DNA from: Oligoflexales bacterium
Lineage (GTDB): Bacteria; Bdellovibrionota_B; Oligoflexia; Oligoflexales; RGVZ01
NCBI GenBank assembly: GCA_044236265.1
Contig: JBIIGV010000068.1
Coordinates: forward strand, 1 to 15,696
DNA length: 15,696 nt
Direction of reading: 5' to 3'
The translations under genes were made by a program, and so were the position numbers. The notes beneath the pieces were generated by a model. That model saw nothing but the letters and a program-made list of their open reading frames with translations, had not been told where the DNA came from and ran no database searches. Positions within the stretch are counted from its first letter, which is position 1. Each line of letters opens with the position of its first letter. Positions 8,318 through 15,696 of this stretch are shown here, one piece after another.

Positions 8318-8357
8318 GTTCTCTCCTCAAAAAAATTTAACAGTTAAGTCGTCACCT

Positions 8358-9329
8358 TCAATGAGACGACGTGTTGAAGTAGTGAATCGATCTCGGCATG
8401 TGCACAAAATCGCGAACCGGAACGTTGATCGCGATCATCACGATGACCTCGGTGGTCTTGCCAGGATCTACATTGCACACAATCCCGTGGCTGCTGTACA
8501 GCATTTTAAACAAACCTAACCCGGCGCCACCCTTTTTAGTGTCAATCAATTGTTCGGTATCGTTACGTTTTAGGACTTTTCTAAGATACGAAAACCATCG
8601 ATCGCGCAGAAAAGCACCGAATGGATCGCAAATTGAAATGGCAAAAATCCGGCCGTCACAACCGTATTTGAGGGTCGCCCACTCGTCCTCGGCAAGATCC
8701 CGCTTTTCTCTGCGTTCCATTGCCTCGTAGTGTGTTCGACCGCCAGCAACTGGGGCGTCGTATATGGCATTCATCAAAAGTTCTTCGCAAATACCGGTGG
8801 CAAGACGTGCGATATTTTTGCCAAGGCCACAAGCCTCAACCCAATCGGTGACCGCTTTGTTGGAGGGGTCACGATCTGACGATCCTCTTATGACTCTTGT
8901 CTGAATGTCAGACTCAGGGCTCAGATATTTCTCAATGCCAAAAAGATCAGAGCGAATGATTTTCTGCATAGTAATGGCGAGATCGGAGGAGCTCCACTCG
9001 GTATCGTGATTTGCTATCACGTGGTCGAGAAGCAGTAGGTCGTTGTGTCCAAGTGAAGAGCAATAGTCCTGCATGGGCAGGTCGGTTACCAATATGGTGA
9101 TAATAGACGGATCTAGTTTTCTTACTGCTTGGAACAAACTTTCGCTTGGATCGTTGGCAACCACTGCACGAACGCGGCCTACGGTTTTCAAGACTTCGAG
9201 GGCCTGCGAAACGCCTGATACGGAAACTTGCTGCCAACCGTTCGCGGCAACCATGATGCAAGGCGCAGACCCAATGGACTTGCGCCCCGGAACATCAACA
9301 AAAATAACCGTGGCCTGATTTGTGCTCAT
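8358..9329 (-). CDS. Degenerate receiver-like domain fused to a HATPase_c-like (anti-sigma/Ser kinase-type) ATP-binding domain
   Basis: The N-terminal REC-like pattern (VIFVD...ALEVL...AVVAND...TILVT) has no clear conserved Lys. The C-terminus has an N box ([10 protein letters not shown]), G1 (ISICDPFG) and G2 (GGAGLGL). No HisKA H-box is evident. The ATG overlaps the nuoB stop (ATGA). Confidence 0.8.
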   Translation of the reverse strand: MSTNQATVIFVDVPGRKSIGSAPCIMVAANGWQQVSVSGVSQALEVLKTVGRVRAVVANDPSESLFQAVRKLDPSIITILVTDLPMQDYCSSLGHNDLLLLDHVIANHDTEWSSSDLAITMQKIIRSDLFGIEKYLSPESDIQTRVIRGSSDRDPSNKAVTDWVEACGLGKNIARLATGICEELLMNAIYDAPVAGGRTHYEAMERREKRDLAEDEWATLKYGCDGRIFAISICDPFGAFLRDRWFSYLRKVLKRNDTEQLIDTKKGGAGLGLFKMLYSSHGIVCNVDPGKTTEVIVMIAINVPVRDFVHMPRSIHYFNTSSH

Positions 9330-9823
9330 TTAGTCGCTGCGGCTTCCGAGGGTTTCTTGGCGTCTGCGGAAATTTTATCCTGTAGTGTCATTAGGCCTGC
9401 AATGACGGCTTCTGGAGTGGGTGGGCATCCTGCAACATAGACGTCGACAGGGATAATGCGATCGACGCCCTGCAGCACGTGATATGCACGATAAAATCCA
9501 CCACTGGAAGCGCATGCGCCCATGGCCATGACCCATTTGGGCTCCGACATCTGGTCGAACACCTTCTTAATCACGGGAGCCATCTTTTCGGTGATTGTTC
9601 CCGCCACAATCATAAGGTCTGCCTGTCGTGGAGAGAAGCGAACAACCTCAGCACCAAAGCGTGCAATGTCATACTTCGGACCAACGACGGCCATGTACTC
9701 GATTCCACAGCAGGCTGTGCCGAAAGGGTATGGCCAGAGCGCATTTTTACGAGCCCATGCTAAAAGCTCTTTGTGCTTCGTGAGAAAAAAAGGAACGTCA
9801 TTCTCAGAGGGGCTATGCTTCAT
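9326..9823 (-). CDS. nuoB: NADH-quinone oxidoreductase subunit B
   Basis: [23 protein letters not shown]...[31 protein letters not shown] and [15 protein letters not shown], with all four N2 cluster Cys present. ATG 9823 is preferred over 9898 because of the AAAGG SD. Confidence 0.96.
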   Translation of the reverse strand: MKHSPSENDVPFFLTKHKELLAWARKNALWPYPFGTACCGIEYMAVVGPKYDIARFGAEVVRFSPRQADLMIVAGTITEKMAPVIKKVFDQMSEPKWVMAMGACASSGGFYRAYHVLQGVDRIIPVDVYVAGCPPTPEAVIAGLMTLQDKISADAKKPSEAAATK

Positions 9824-9985
9824 CGGTGGGTAACCTTTCGCACTTCGAAATTGAGTCGATAATACTTGTTTATGACACGAGGGCATCAAACTGCCCAAAA
9901 AATCAACGTTTTCGAAACATTAACGCCTCATTCTAGACCAGCCTGACGCAGATTTCCACCCCTTGCCAAAAAAATTCCGCCAACG

Positions 9986-10015
9986 TTGACTTCGTACTCG
10001 GGGCATCCGTAAAAT
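9986..10015 (+). promoter_or_regulatory. Putative sigma70-type promoter for the agl/glt-like operon
   Basis: TTGACT (9986-9991), 18-nt spacer, TAAAAT (10010-10015), about 56 nt upstream of ATG 10072 in a divergent intergenic region. Confidence 0.6.
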
Positions 10016-10071
10016 ATCAGTAAAAGCCACGCATTAGCAATTTAGGCTCGATTTTAGGGAGACTGATAATC

Positions 10072-10737
10072 ATGGAGAAGATTTCACAGTTATTTCACGA
10101 GGGCGGATTACCTGTAATGCTTTCAATTACGGCAACGCTCCTGATCACGCTCGTCTTGATTGTAGAGAGGTTTATTCGGTATTGGGGCCAGTATGACCTC
10201 GCCGATAGTGCGTCTTTCATGAGTCACATTCAAAAGATGGTCATGAACAACTCGATTGAAAATGCAATCCGTATGTGCCGCAAGGCGAAGCCAAAACTTC
10301 TTCCTGAGGTTTTAGTACAGGGATTGATGCGTGCTAATGACTCGCCCGAGGAAATCAGTCTCGCTATGGATTATGCGACTTTGGAGGCGATTCCTAAGGT
10401 CACTGCCCGCGTAGGATTTTTGGGTACAACGGCAAACGTGGCAACTCTCTTGGGGCTCCTGGGAACTCTTTTTGGTTTGATGAAATCGTTCGCAGCTGCC
10501 GCGACTGCAACCGGTGCTCAGAAGCAAACATTACTTGCAGAAGGTATTGCGGAGGCGCTGATCGCTACGTCGTTCGGTCTCGGTACAGCTTTGTTGGCGC
10601 TATTGTGCTACGGAATTTTGATGACCAAACAAACTCAGATTGTTGATGACATAAACGCAAATGCAGCTCGACTGTTGCATATGCTTTATAACCGCAAAAT
10701 GAAAATTCATCGTGGCGGCTCCGACAGGGCTGAGTGA
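10072..10737 (+). CDS. MotA/TolQ/ExbB proton channel family protein (AglR-like)
   Basis: Three TM helices with EGG...LIVERF, ANVATLLGLLGTLFGLMKSF and LAEGIAEALIATSFGL. AGGGAG SD. Followed by two ExbD genes and glt-like genes. Confidence 0.93.
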   Translation: MEKISQLFHEGGLPVMLSITATLLITLVLIVERFIRYWGQYDLADSASFMSHIQKMVMNNSIENAIRMCRKAKPKLLPEVLVQGLMRANDSPEEISLAMDYATLEAIPKVTARVGFLGTTANVATLLGLLGTLFGLMKSFAAAATATGAQKQTLLAEGIAEALIATSFGLGTALLALLCYGILMTKQTQIVDDINANAARLLHMLYNRKMKIHRGGSDRAE

Positions 10738-10843
10738 TTTCGCGTGTTTTTGCTACTGGGTGCTTTTTAGTTTTTATGCTTTTGCCATCTGCTCTTAATG
10801 GGCTGATTTTCAGCCCATGAGAGAGGTTCTGTGGAGGACGTCC

Positions 10844-11401
10844 ATGTCCAGAAAAAAGAAACGGCGCAATATTGAATACAAAGACATCGATCTCAACATC
10901 ATGCCATTTATTGATGTTTTCTCGATGTTGAATACTTTTTTGCTGTTTACGGCGGTTTTTCTGTCAGTTGGAATTCTTGAAGTACAAGTTCCATTTTTAT
11001 CAAATACGCCGCCGCCCGATGATCCCAAAGACAGCCGTGTTTTTGAGGTCAAAGTGGATGTGACCAAAGAGCAAGTTGAGATCCAGACGGCCTACACAAG
11101 GCCGCCGAATCAGGAGCAGAAATTTCCATTTCCGAACAATGCTGACGGTCTGAAGCAAATGCATCAGAAGCTTGCTGAAATCCGTAAACAGAATGCTGAT
11201 ACGGACAAGGCAACGGTTTTCAGCGATGATGAAGTGAGTTGGGAGTCCCTTTCGGCAGTGCTTGATACCGTGATGCTTCGCATAGAGGGCGATCCTATTT
11301 TTCCGCCCGCCAAAGATGCCAAAAATCGTGAGAAAGCGGAGATAGATGCCAAGCTTTATCTCTATCCTAAAATCGTGATGGGAAGCGTAATGCTTCGTTA
11401 A
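10844..11401 (+). CDS. ExbD/TolR family protein (AglQ-like)
   Basis: Basic N-terminus, then DLNIMPFIDVFSMLNTFLLFTAVF with the conserved TM Asp, and the periplasmic SDDEVSWESLSAVLD motif. The GGAGG SD favours ATG 10844. Confidence 0.9.
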   Translation: MSRKKKRRNIEYKDIDLNIMPFIDVFSMLNTFLLFTAVFLSVGILEVQVPFLSNTPPPDDPKDSRVFEVKVDVTKEQVEIQTAYTRPPNQEQKFPFPNNADGLKQMHQKLAEIRKQNADTDKATVFSDDEVSWESLSAVLDTVMLRIEGDPIFPPAKDAKNREKAEIDAKLYLYPKIVMGSVMLR

Positions 11402-11414
11402 TGAGGTGTAGTCG

Positions 11415-11918
11415 ATGGCAAGTGCAGGCGGCGGCAGTAAGGATACTCTAAGTCTCAACCTGAACCCAATGTTGGATATTTTTTCGATTCTCATCACATT
11501 TTTGCTGATGAGTTTCTCAACCGATCCTGTCTCGCATGACGTTGATGCAGGCATTGAATTGCCTCAATCAAACACGATCGTTGCGATGGATGAGGTTCCG
11601 ACTATTATTGTCACAAAAACAGAGCTTCGAGTTAACGACAACAAAGTCGCTGACATTGTGGCAGGCGACGTGCCTGAAAAAGACCGTGCTCAGGGAGCGA
11701 TTTACCCAGTTTTTGAGGCTCTTCAAAAGCTTGCAGAGGCAAATAAGCGTGTGAATAAGCCCAAGAGTGATGATCCGAACGCCAAAGGAAGTACCGGCGC
11801 ACTCACAATGGAAATGGATAAGGGTCACAGATTTAAATTGATGAAGCGCATTATGCTTTCCGCGCAGCAAGCGGAATTTGTGCAGTTCAAATTGATGGTC
11901 CAAAAAGAACTCAACTAA
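11415..11918 (+). CDS. ExbD/TolR family protein (AglS-like)
   Basis: LNLNPMLDIFSILITFLLMSFS (TM Asp), IELPQS and MDKGHRFKLMKRIMLSAQQAEF. GAGGTG SD. Confidence 0.92.
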   Translation: MASAGGGSKDTLSLNLNPMLDIFSILITFLLMSFSTDPVSHDVDAGIELPQSNTIVAMDEVPTIIVTKTELRVNDNKVADIVAGDVPEKDRAQGAIYPVFEALQKLAEANKRVNKPKSDDPNAKGSTGALTMEMDKGHRFKLMKRIMLSAQQAEFVQFKLMVQKELN

Positions 11919-11931
11919 ACAGGAATCTTTT

Positions 11932-12696
11932 GTGGTTAGATCGAACTTGAAAGTTATCAGCTTCTTCGTCGCTGGGTGTGTCTCGGCTCTGTGTCCAGCG
12001 TCGTTATCCTTTGGTGCTGACGAGCGTCAGCCTCAGGAAATGTTCGAGAGATATGAAATTCGCGTGATTCGTCCCAAATATTTTACTAAGACGGGTCGCA
12101 TGGAGACTGGCGCTCAATTGAGTATCGTCATGAATCAGTCATTTATTTATACATACCTTGCAACGGGTCTCTTAGATTATCACTTCAGTGAAACGCTAGC
12201 TCTGGAAGGCGCATTAGCCTACGGATTTTCAATCGACAAAGAAGACAAGAGAGTCCTGGATTCCAACTTTAAAATCAAGACGCAGATTCTGAGAACGCAG
12301 TACTTTATGGAGGGCGGACTTTTGTATACGCCTATCTATGGCAAGTACCAGCTTTCCAGTGGGCGATTGATATACGTCGACATGTTTCTCTCCGCTGGTG
12401 GTGGCATGACTGGCGTTAATTACCTCTATGATCAGTGTCCAAGCCCTAATGAAGTGCCTGAAGGTACAGAGGTTCCTAGTCCGCCCTCTCCATCTGTGAA
12501 GTCATATCCAACATTCTTTTTTGGAGCGGGTCAGCGAATTTTCATGGATAAGAAACTGAGTCTTCGCTGGGATGTCAGGGGGCATGTATTCAGCTACAAC
12601 AAGGCCGACGGTGCCTGTGATCCCGGGACTGCTGAAGCCGCAAGTGGAGTTCAGACAAATATCACGATGCAGCTTGGTGCGGGGTACTTCCTATGA
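11932..12696 (+). CDS. Outer membrane beta-barrel protein (GltA/GltB/GltH-like)
   Basis: Signal peptide, IRVIRPKYFTKTGRME, DYHFSETLALE, YTPIYGK and LSLRWDVR, alternating amphipathic strands, and the C-terminal beta-signal LGAGYFL. Confidence 0.87.
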   Translation: MVRSNLKVISFFVAGCVSALCPASLSFGADERQPQEMFERYEIRVIRPKYFTKTGRMETGAQLSIVMNQSFIYTYLATGLLDYHFSETLALEGALAYGFSIDKEDKRVLDSNFKIKTQILRTQYFMEGGLLYTPIYGKYQLSSGRLIYVDMFLSAGGGMTGVNYLYDQCPSPNEVPEGTEVPSPPSPSVKSYPTFFFGAGQRIFMDKKLSLRWDVRGHVFSYNKADGACDPGTAEAASGVQTNITMQLGAGYFL

Positions 12697-14258
12697 GACG
12701 TACTATTGAAAGGTTTCAGCTTCCGCAAATTGCACGAACGATCCTAGTTTTATCGGTTACGCTCTCTATCAGTAGCTCTGCATATGCGAACTATCAGGCA
12801 GCCCAACAAATGATGGCCCGACGTGATTATGTTGGGGCCGCTGGCGAGTATTTCCAATCATACTCCTCGCCAAGGGGCGGGCAGGAAAAAATATTTGCTG
12901 AATGGGGCTTAGGTAAAAGTCTGCAGGCCTTGGGTTTTTATTATTCAGCGTCAAAATATTTTTCGCAAATTGTTCGCCGCGGGCCAGGTCCTGGAAACCC
13001 TTACTTTAGGCGCGCGCTTGAAGAGTTGGGTGCGATCAACTCAACGGTTGGCTTAGGGCAGTCGCATATTTCTCAGCTCGTACGTGGTCGCGGTGTCAGC
13101 CCAGACAGTATTCCAGGGGCTGCGCGAGCATTTTATTTTTATTACACGGGTGCTGAGGCTTTTGAAACGAAGAAGTTTGAGCGCGCAGCTGACAATTTCA
13201 AGAGGGTGCCCTCTGGAAGTCCTTATTACGCAAAAGCGCAGTTTCATCTCGGAGTGATTGCCAATCGTGCAGGCGCACATAGTCGAGCTATCGGTTATTT
13301 CGAATCGACACTAAATAGTTCTGGCGCAGATAGTTGGGTGCGTGAACAGTCAAATTTGAATATCGCGCGAGTTCACTACGAAACAAAGAGCTTCAACAAC
13401 TCTTTTCAGTATTATGCGAGAATTCCTCGCGAGTCCGAAAACTGGCTCGGCGCTATCTTTGAATCGGCTTGGGCCTTTTTTCTGACAGCACGTCATAATA
13501 ACGTGTTGGGTAATATTCACACGCTACACTCGCCGTTTTTTGAAATGCGTTTTTTCCCGGAGAGTTATATCTTGCAGGCGATCACCTACCTCAGGTTGTG
13601 TCGGTATAATGAGGTGCAAGAGAGCCTTGAGAAGTTCCGGGATCGTTACAAGCCGGTTTTCAAGGATCTCGTTAGTCTGCTTTCCGAGTATAAATCGCGT
13701 AAAAGCGATATGTTTAAATTGGTTTACGATTACCGTAATGGATCTCTCAACAGCTACCGCAATGCGTGGGCAATTCTCGACTCTTTAAGTCGATCTGATG
13801 CCTACAAAGAGTCTTTCCGCGCTGTTCGATACTCCGATGGTGAGCTTGCAAGATTAAGTGGTATTGGTGGCAAATGGAGTAGCACCGGGCTTATTGAGGA
13901 ATTAAAGGACTTTTTGAATAAAAAGAAGCAAGTCGCCAGAGCAGACTCAGGAGAGAAGCTTTATGACCAAGCAGCGGCGGCGCATGAGTATCTTCGTACG
14001 CTGTCAAATCAAACAAAACTGATTCAGGCAGAGATGTTCGAGGGTCGCGTAGACGCCATTCGTCGAACACTGAATGTAACCCAGGCCAATGATCGAAAAG
14101 TCTTCATTGGTGGACTACAGCCTCTTGAAAGCGTCGTGAACCAGCAGTTGGAGTATTGGCCGTTTATGGGCGAATACTGGGAAGATGAGCTGGGCTATTA
14201 CGTCTACAACATCGGCGATAAATGCGGAGTTCCAGGCAATCAGCCCAAAGGTAAATAG
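12693..14258 (+). CDS. Exported TPR protein, adventurous gliding motility GltC-like
   Basis: Signal peptide (AYA-N) and TPR pairs (YYAKAQFHLG, LNIARVHY, AIFESAWAFF). ILQAITYLRLCRY and the C-terminal EYWPFMGEYWEDELGYY..I..KC motif are characteristic of GltC-type proteins. ATGA overlap with the barrel gene. Confidence 0.85.
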   Translation: MRRTIERFQLPQIARTILVLSVTLSISSSAYANYQAAQQMMARRDYVGAAGEYFQSYSSPRGGQEKIFAEWGLGKSLQALGFYYSASKYFSQIVRRGPGPGNPYFRRALEELGAINSTVGLGQSHISQLVRGRGVSPDSIPGAARAFYFYYTGAEAFETKKFERAADNFKRVPSGSPYYAKAQFHLGVIANRAGAHSRAIGYFESTLNSSGADSWVREQSNLNIARVHYETKSFNNSFQYYARIPRESENWLGAIFESAWAFFLTARHNNVLGNIHTLHSPFFEMRFFPESYILQAITYLRLCRYNEVQESLEKFRDRYKPVFKDLVSLLSEYKSRKSDMFKLVYDYRNGSLNSYRNAWAILDSLSRSDAYKESFRAVRYSDGELARLSGIGGKWSSTGLIEELKDFLNKKKQVARADSGEKLYDQAAAAHEYLRTLSNQTKLIQAEMFEGRVDAIRRTLNVTQANDRKVFIGGLQPLESVVNQQLEYWPFMGEYWEDELGYYVYNIGDKCGVPGNQPKGK

Positions 14259-14317
14259 CCTGATTCATAGGCGGTGAATGCCTTGTCCTGTTTGATGTCT
14301 AGAGTGAAAGGATAAAA

Positions 14318-15696
14318 ATGGCAAACATCACAGCATTTCGTACCATCATTGGAATATGCCTGCTGACAGTTGCAACCGGTGTCCTGGCGCAAGACGCGCG
14401 AGAAAAGAATCATCGGGAAGTCAATCTAAGCAACGTAAAGACGAAAAAACGCGAGACAGGTGACTCTGCTAAAGCTTCCGGTCCCAGCATGGGCCGGGGC
14501 GAGGCGTTTGTGATAGCCGCTGAGGGTAAACTATCTTCCGAGATCAAACGCACGATTCAATTTTATGAGAAAACGGAAAGGACGCTTCCACCAAAATCCT
14601 CTGCCAGACTTCAGATGCTGAATCGTTTGGTCAACCTTTACGTGGAAAACGCTTCGTACGAGGCTAACGCCGAGTTTCGTCGCTATGATCAGGCTTTTGT
14701 AGCGTGGGAGAAAGCTGGCCGTAAGGGCAAAGGTCCGCAGGTGGATAATCGGACTTCAAAGGGTGTCTGGAAGCAGGTGGCCGTAAAGTCAAGCTACGTT
14801 CTAAAGCAATTTCCAAATACCAAGAATGCTGATGAGCTGATGTTCAACCAGGCTCTGGCTTTAGGATATTTGGGCCAGGAAAAAGAGAGTGCTCGCATCT
14901 ACAGTGACTTGATCCAGAAATATCCTAATAGTGATAAAGCCGGTGAAGCTTATTTTCAGCTCGGCGATTTTTTCTTTGAGAAAAATGACTTTCGCGATGC
15001 GACGAATAACTACAAACAAGCCTTGCGCTACAAAACAAGTCGCGGATTTGGCTGGTCTCTCTTCAAACTGGGTTGGTGTTCATACAACCTTGGGAATTAT
15101 CCTGAATCTCTGAGCTACTGGAAAAAAACAGTCGATGTCGCGTCGTCTAGTCGTGCAAAAGATGCCAACCAGCTTAAGGAAGAAGGCCTTAAGGATATGG
15201 TTTTTGCATGGGTTGAAATGAAGCAGGTAGAAGCCGCAATTACTTATTATCGTCAGCACGGCGGCGAGAAGTATATTGGAAAATTTTTGAGTCAGCTTGG
15301 GTCGGCGTTGGTTGATGCTGGAAAGTTTGCTGAGGCAGTTCGAGTCTACAAGCGGTATCAGCAGCTTTACCCCAACAGTCCTGATACGCCAGATACCCAA
15401 AGAGAGATTATTTCGCTGTTTTTTGATTTGAATCGCTTTTCAGAGATGTGGAAAGAGCTCGAGGCATTCCCGAGGAATTATGGGGTGGGTAGTTCATGGG
15501 CAGCGGCCAATAAAGGTGACCAGTCCTTGGTTGATAGCACTCAGGTGAAGATAAAAGATACGATCATTTACTATGCAAAGGTTTTACATAAAGCCGGTCA
15601 AAAGGACGACAACGACGGAACTTATGCGGAGGCTCTCAGGGGCTATTTGATGTTCCTGAAGTACTACCCGAATGCTAAAGAGATGCCAGAAGTAAA
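14318..15696 (+). CDS. Large exported TPR protein, GltD/AgmU-like, 3'-truncated by the window edge (absent from the supplied ORF track)
   Basis: ATG 14318 follows AAAGGA. Manual translation gives MANITAFRTIIGICLLTVATGVLA-Q (signal peptide), then TPR units such as VLKQFPNTKNADELMFNQA, LIQKYPNSDKAGEAYFQLGDFFF and WSLFKLGWCSYNLG. No stop was seen before the window end. Confidence 0.88.
   Translation, partial: MANITAFRTIIGICLLTVATGVLAQDAREKNHREVNLSNVKTKKRETGDSAKASGPSMGRGEAFVIAAEGKLSSEIKRTIQFYEKTERTLPPKSSARLQMLNRLVNLYVENASYEANAEFRRYDQAFVAWEKAGRKGKGPQVDNRTSKGVWKQVAVKSSYVLKQFPNTKNADELMFNQALALGYLGQEKESARIYSDLIQKYPNSDKAGEAYFQLGDFFFEKNDFRDATNNYKQALRYKTSRGFGWSLFKLGWCSYNLGNYPESLSYWKKTVDVASSSRAKDANQLKEEGLKDMVFAWVEMKQVEAAITYYRQHGGEKYIGKFLSQLGSALVDAGKFAEAVRVYKRYQQLYPNSPDTPDTQREIISLFFDLNRFSEMWKELEAFPRNYGVGSSWAAANKGDQSLVDSTQVKIKDTIIYYAKVLHKAGQKDDNDGTYAEALRGYLMFLKYYPNAKEMPEV

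Noticed and set aside
8318..8357. Possible terminator before icd (TTAAC-T-GTTAA followed by a T run on the minus strand)
   Set aside because: The stem is AT-only with an impossibly short loop. More likely a U-rich translational enhancer ahead of the SD.
7755..8519. 254-aa + strand ORF antisense to icd
   Set aside because: A shadow ORF typical of the antisense frame of conserved genes with biased codon use. No recognisable motifs.
9824..10071. Possible riboswitch or sRNA in the divergent nuoB/aglR-like intergenic region (short repeats such as GGGCA-N6-TGCCC and CAACGTTG)
   Set aside because: The stems are short and I could not match a known riboswitch consensus such as c-di-GMP-I by eye. An Rfam/Infernal scan would be decisive.
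11000..11554. 184-aa minus-strand ORF across the two exbD-like genes
   Set aside because: Antisense to two motif-supported genes. No family signature.
14931..15400. Short ORFs 14931..15113 (+) and 15080..15400 (-)
   Set aside because: Both lie within the long TPR gene starting at 14318, in other frames.
1..15696. CRISPR arrays, tRNA/rRNA, IS elements, prophage or defence genes
   Set aside because: No regularly spaced repeats, RNA-gene signatures, or transposase/integrase/nuclease motifs were seen. Intergenic gaps are short.

Overview
Gene-dense chromosomal window, probably from a Bdellovibrionota/Oligoflexia-like or myxobacteria-related bacterium (inferred from gene content only). The left block (+) holds the 3' part of a subtilisin-family (S8) protease with a Cys-containing C-terminal membrane-anchor signal, a small membrane protein, an alpha-helical lipoprotein, an exported protein with an AgmX/PglI-type (TonB-C-like) C-terminal domain, a 2TM+HAMP-only protein, a C-terminal J-domain protein, a thioredoxin, an SH3 lipoprotein and a membrane di-iron desaturase. 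It ends at a perfect bidirectional terminator. The middle block (-) is a stand-alone nuoB overlapping a pseudo-receiver/HATPase gene, followed by NADP-isocitrate dehydrogenase. The right block (+), behind a divergent sigma70-like promoter, is a contiguous Agl-Glt-type gliding/surface-transport operon: a TolQ/ExbB (AglR-like) protein, two ExbD/TolR (AglQ/AglS-like) proteins, an outer-membrane beta-barrel, a GltC-like TPR protein and a GltD/AgmU-like TPR protein that runs off the window. I saw no RNA genes, CRISPR arrays or mobile elements. All family assignments come from motif recognition by eye, not database searches.
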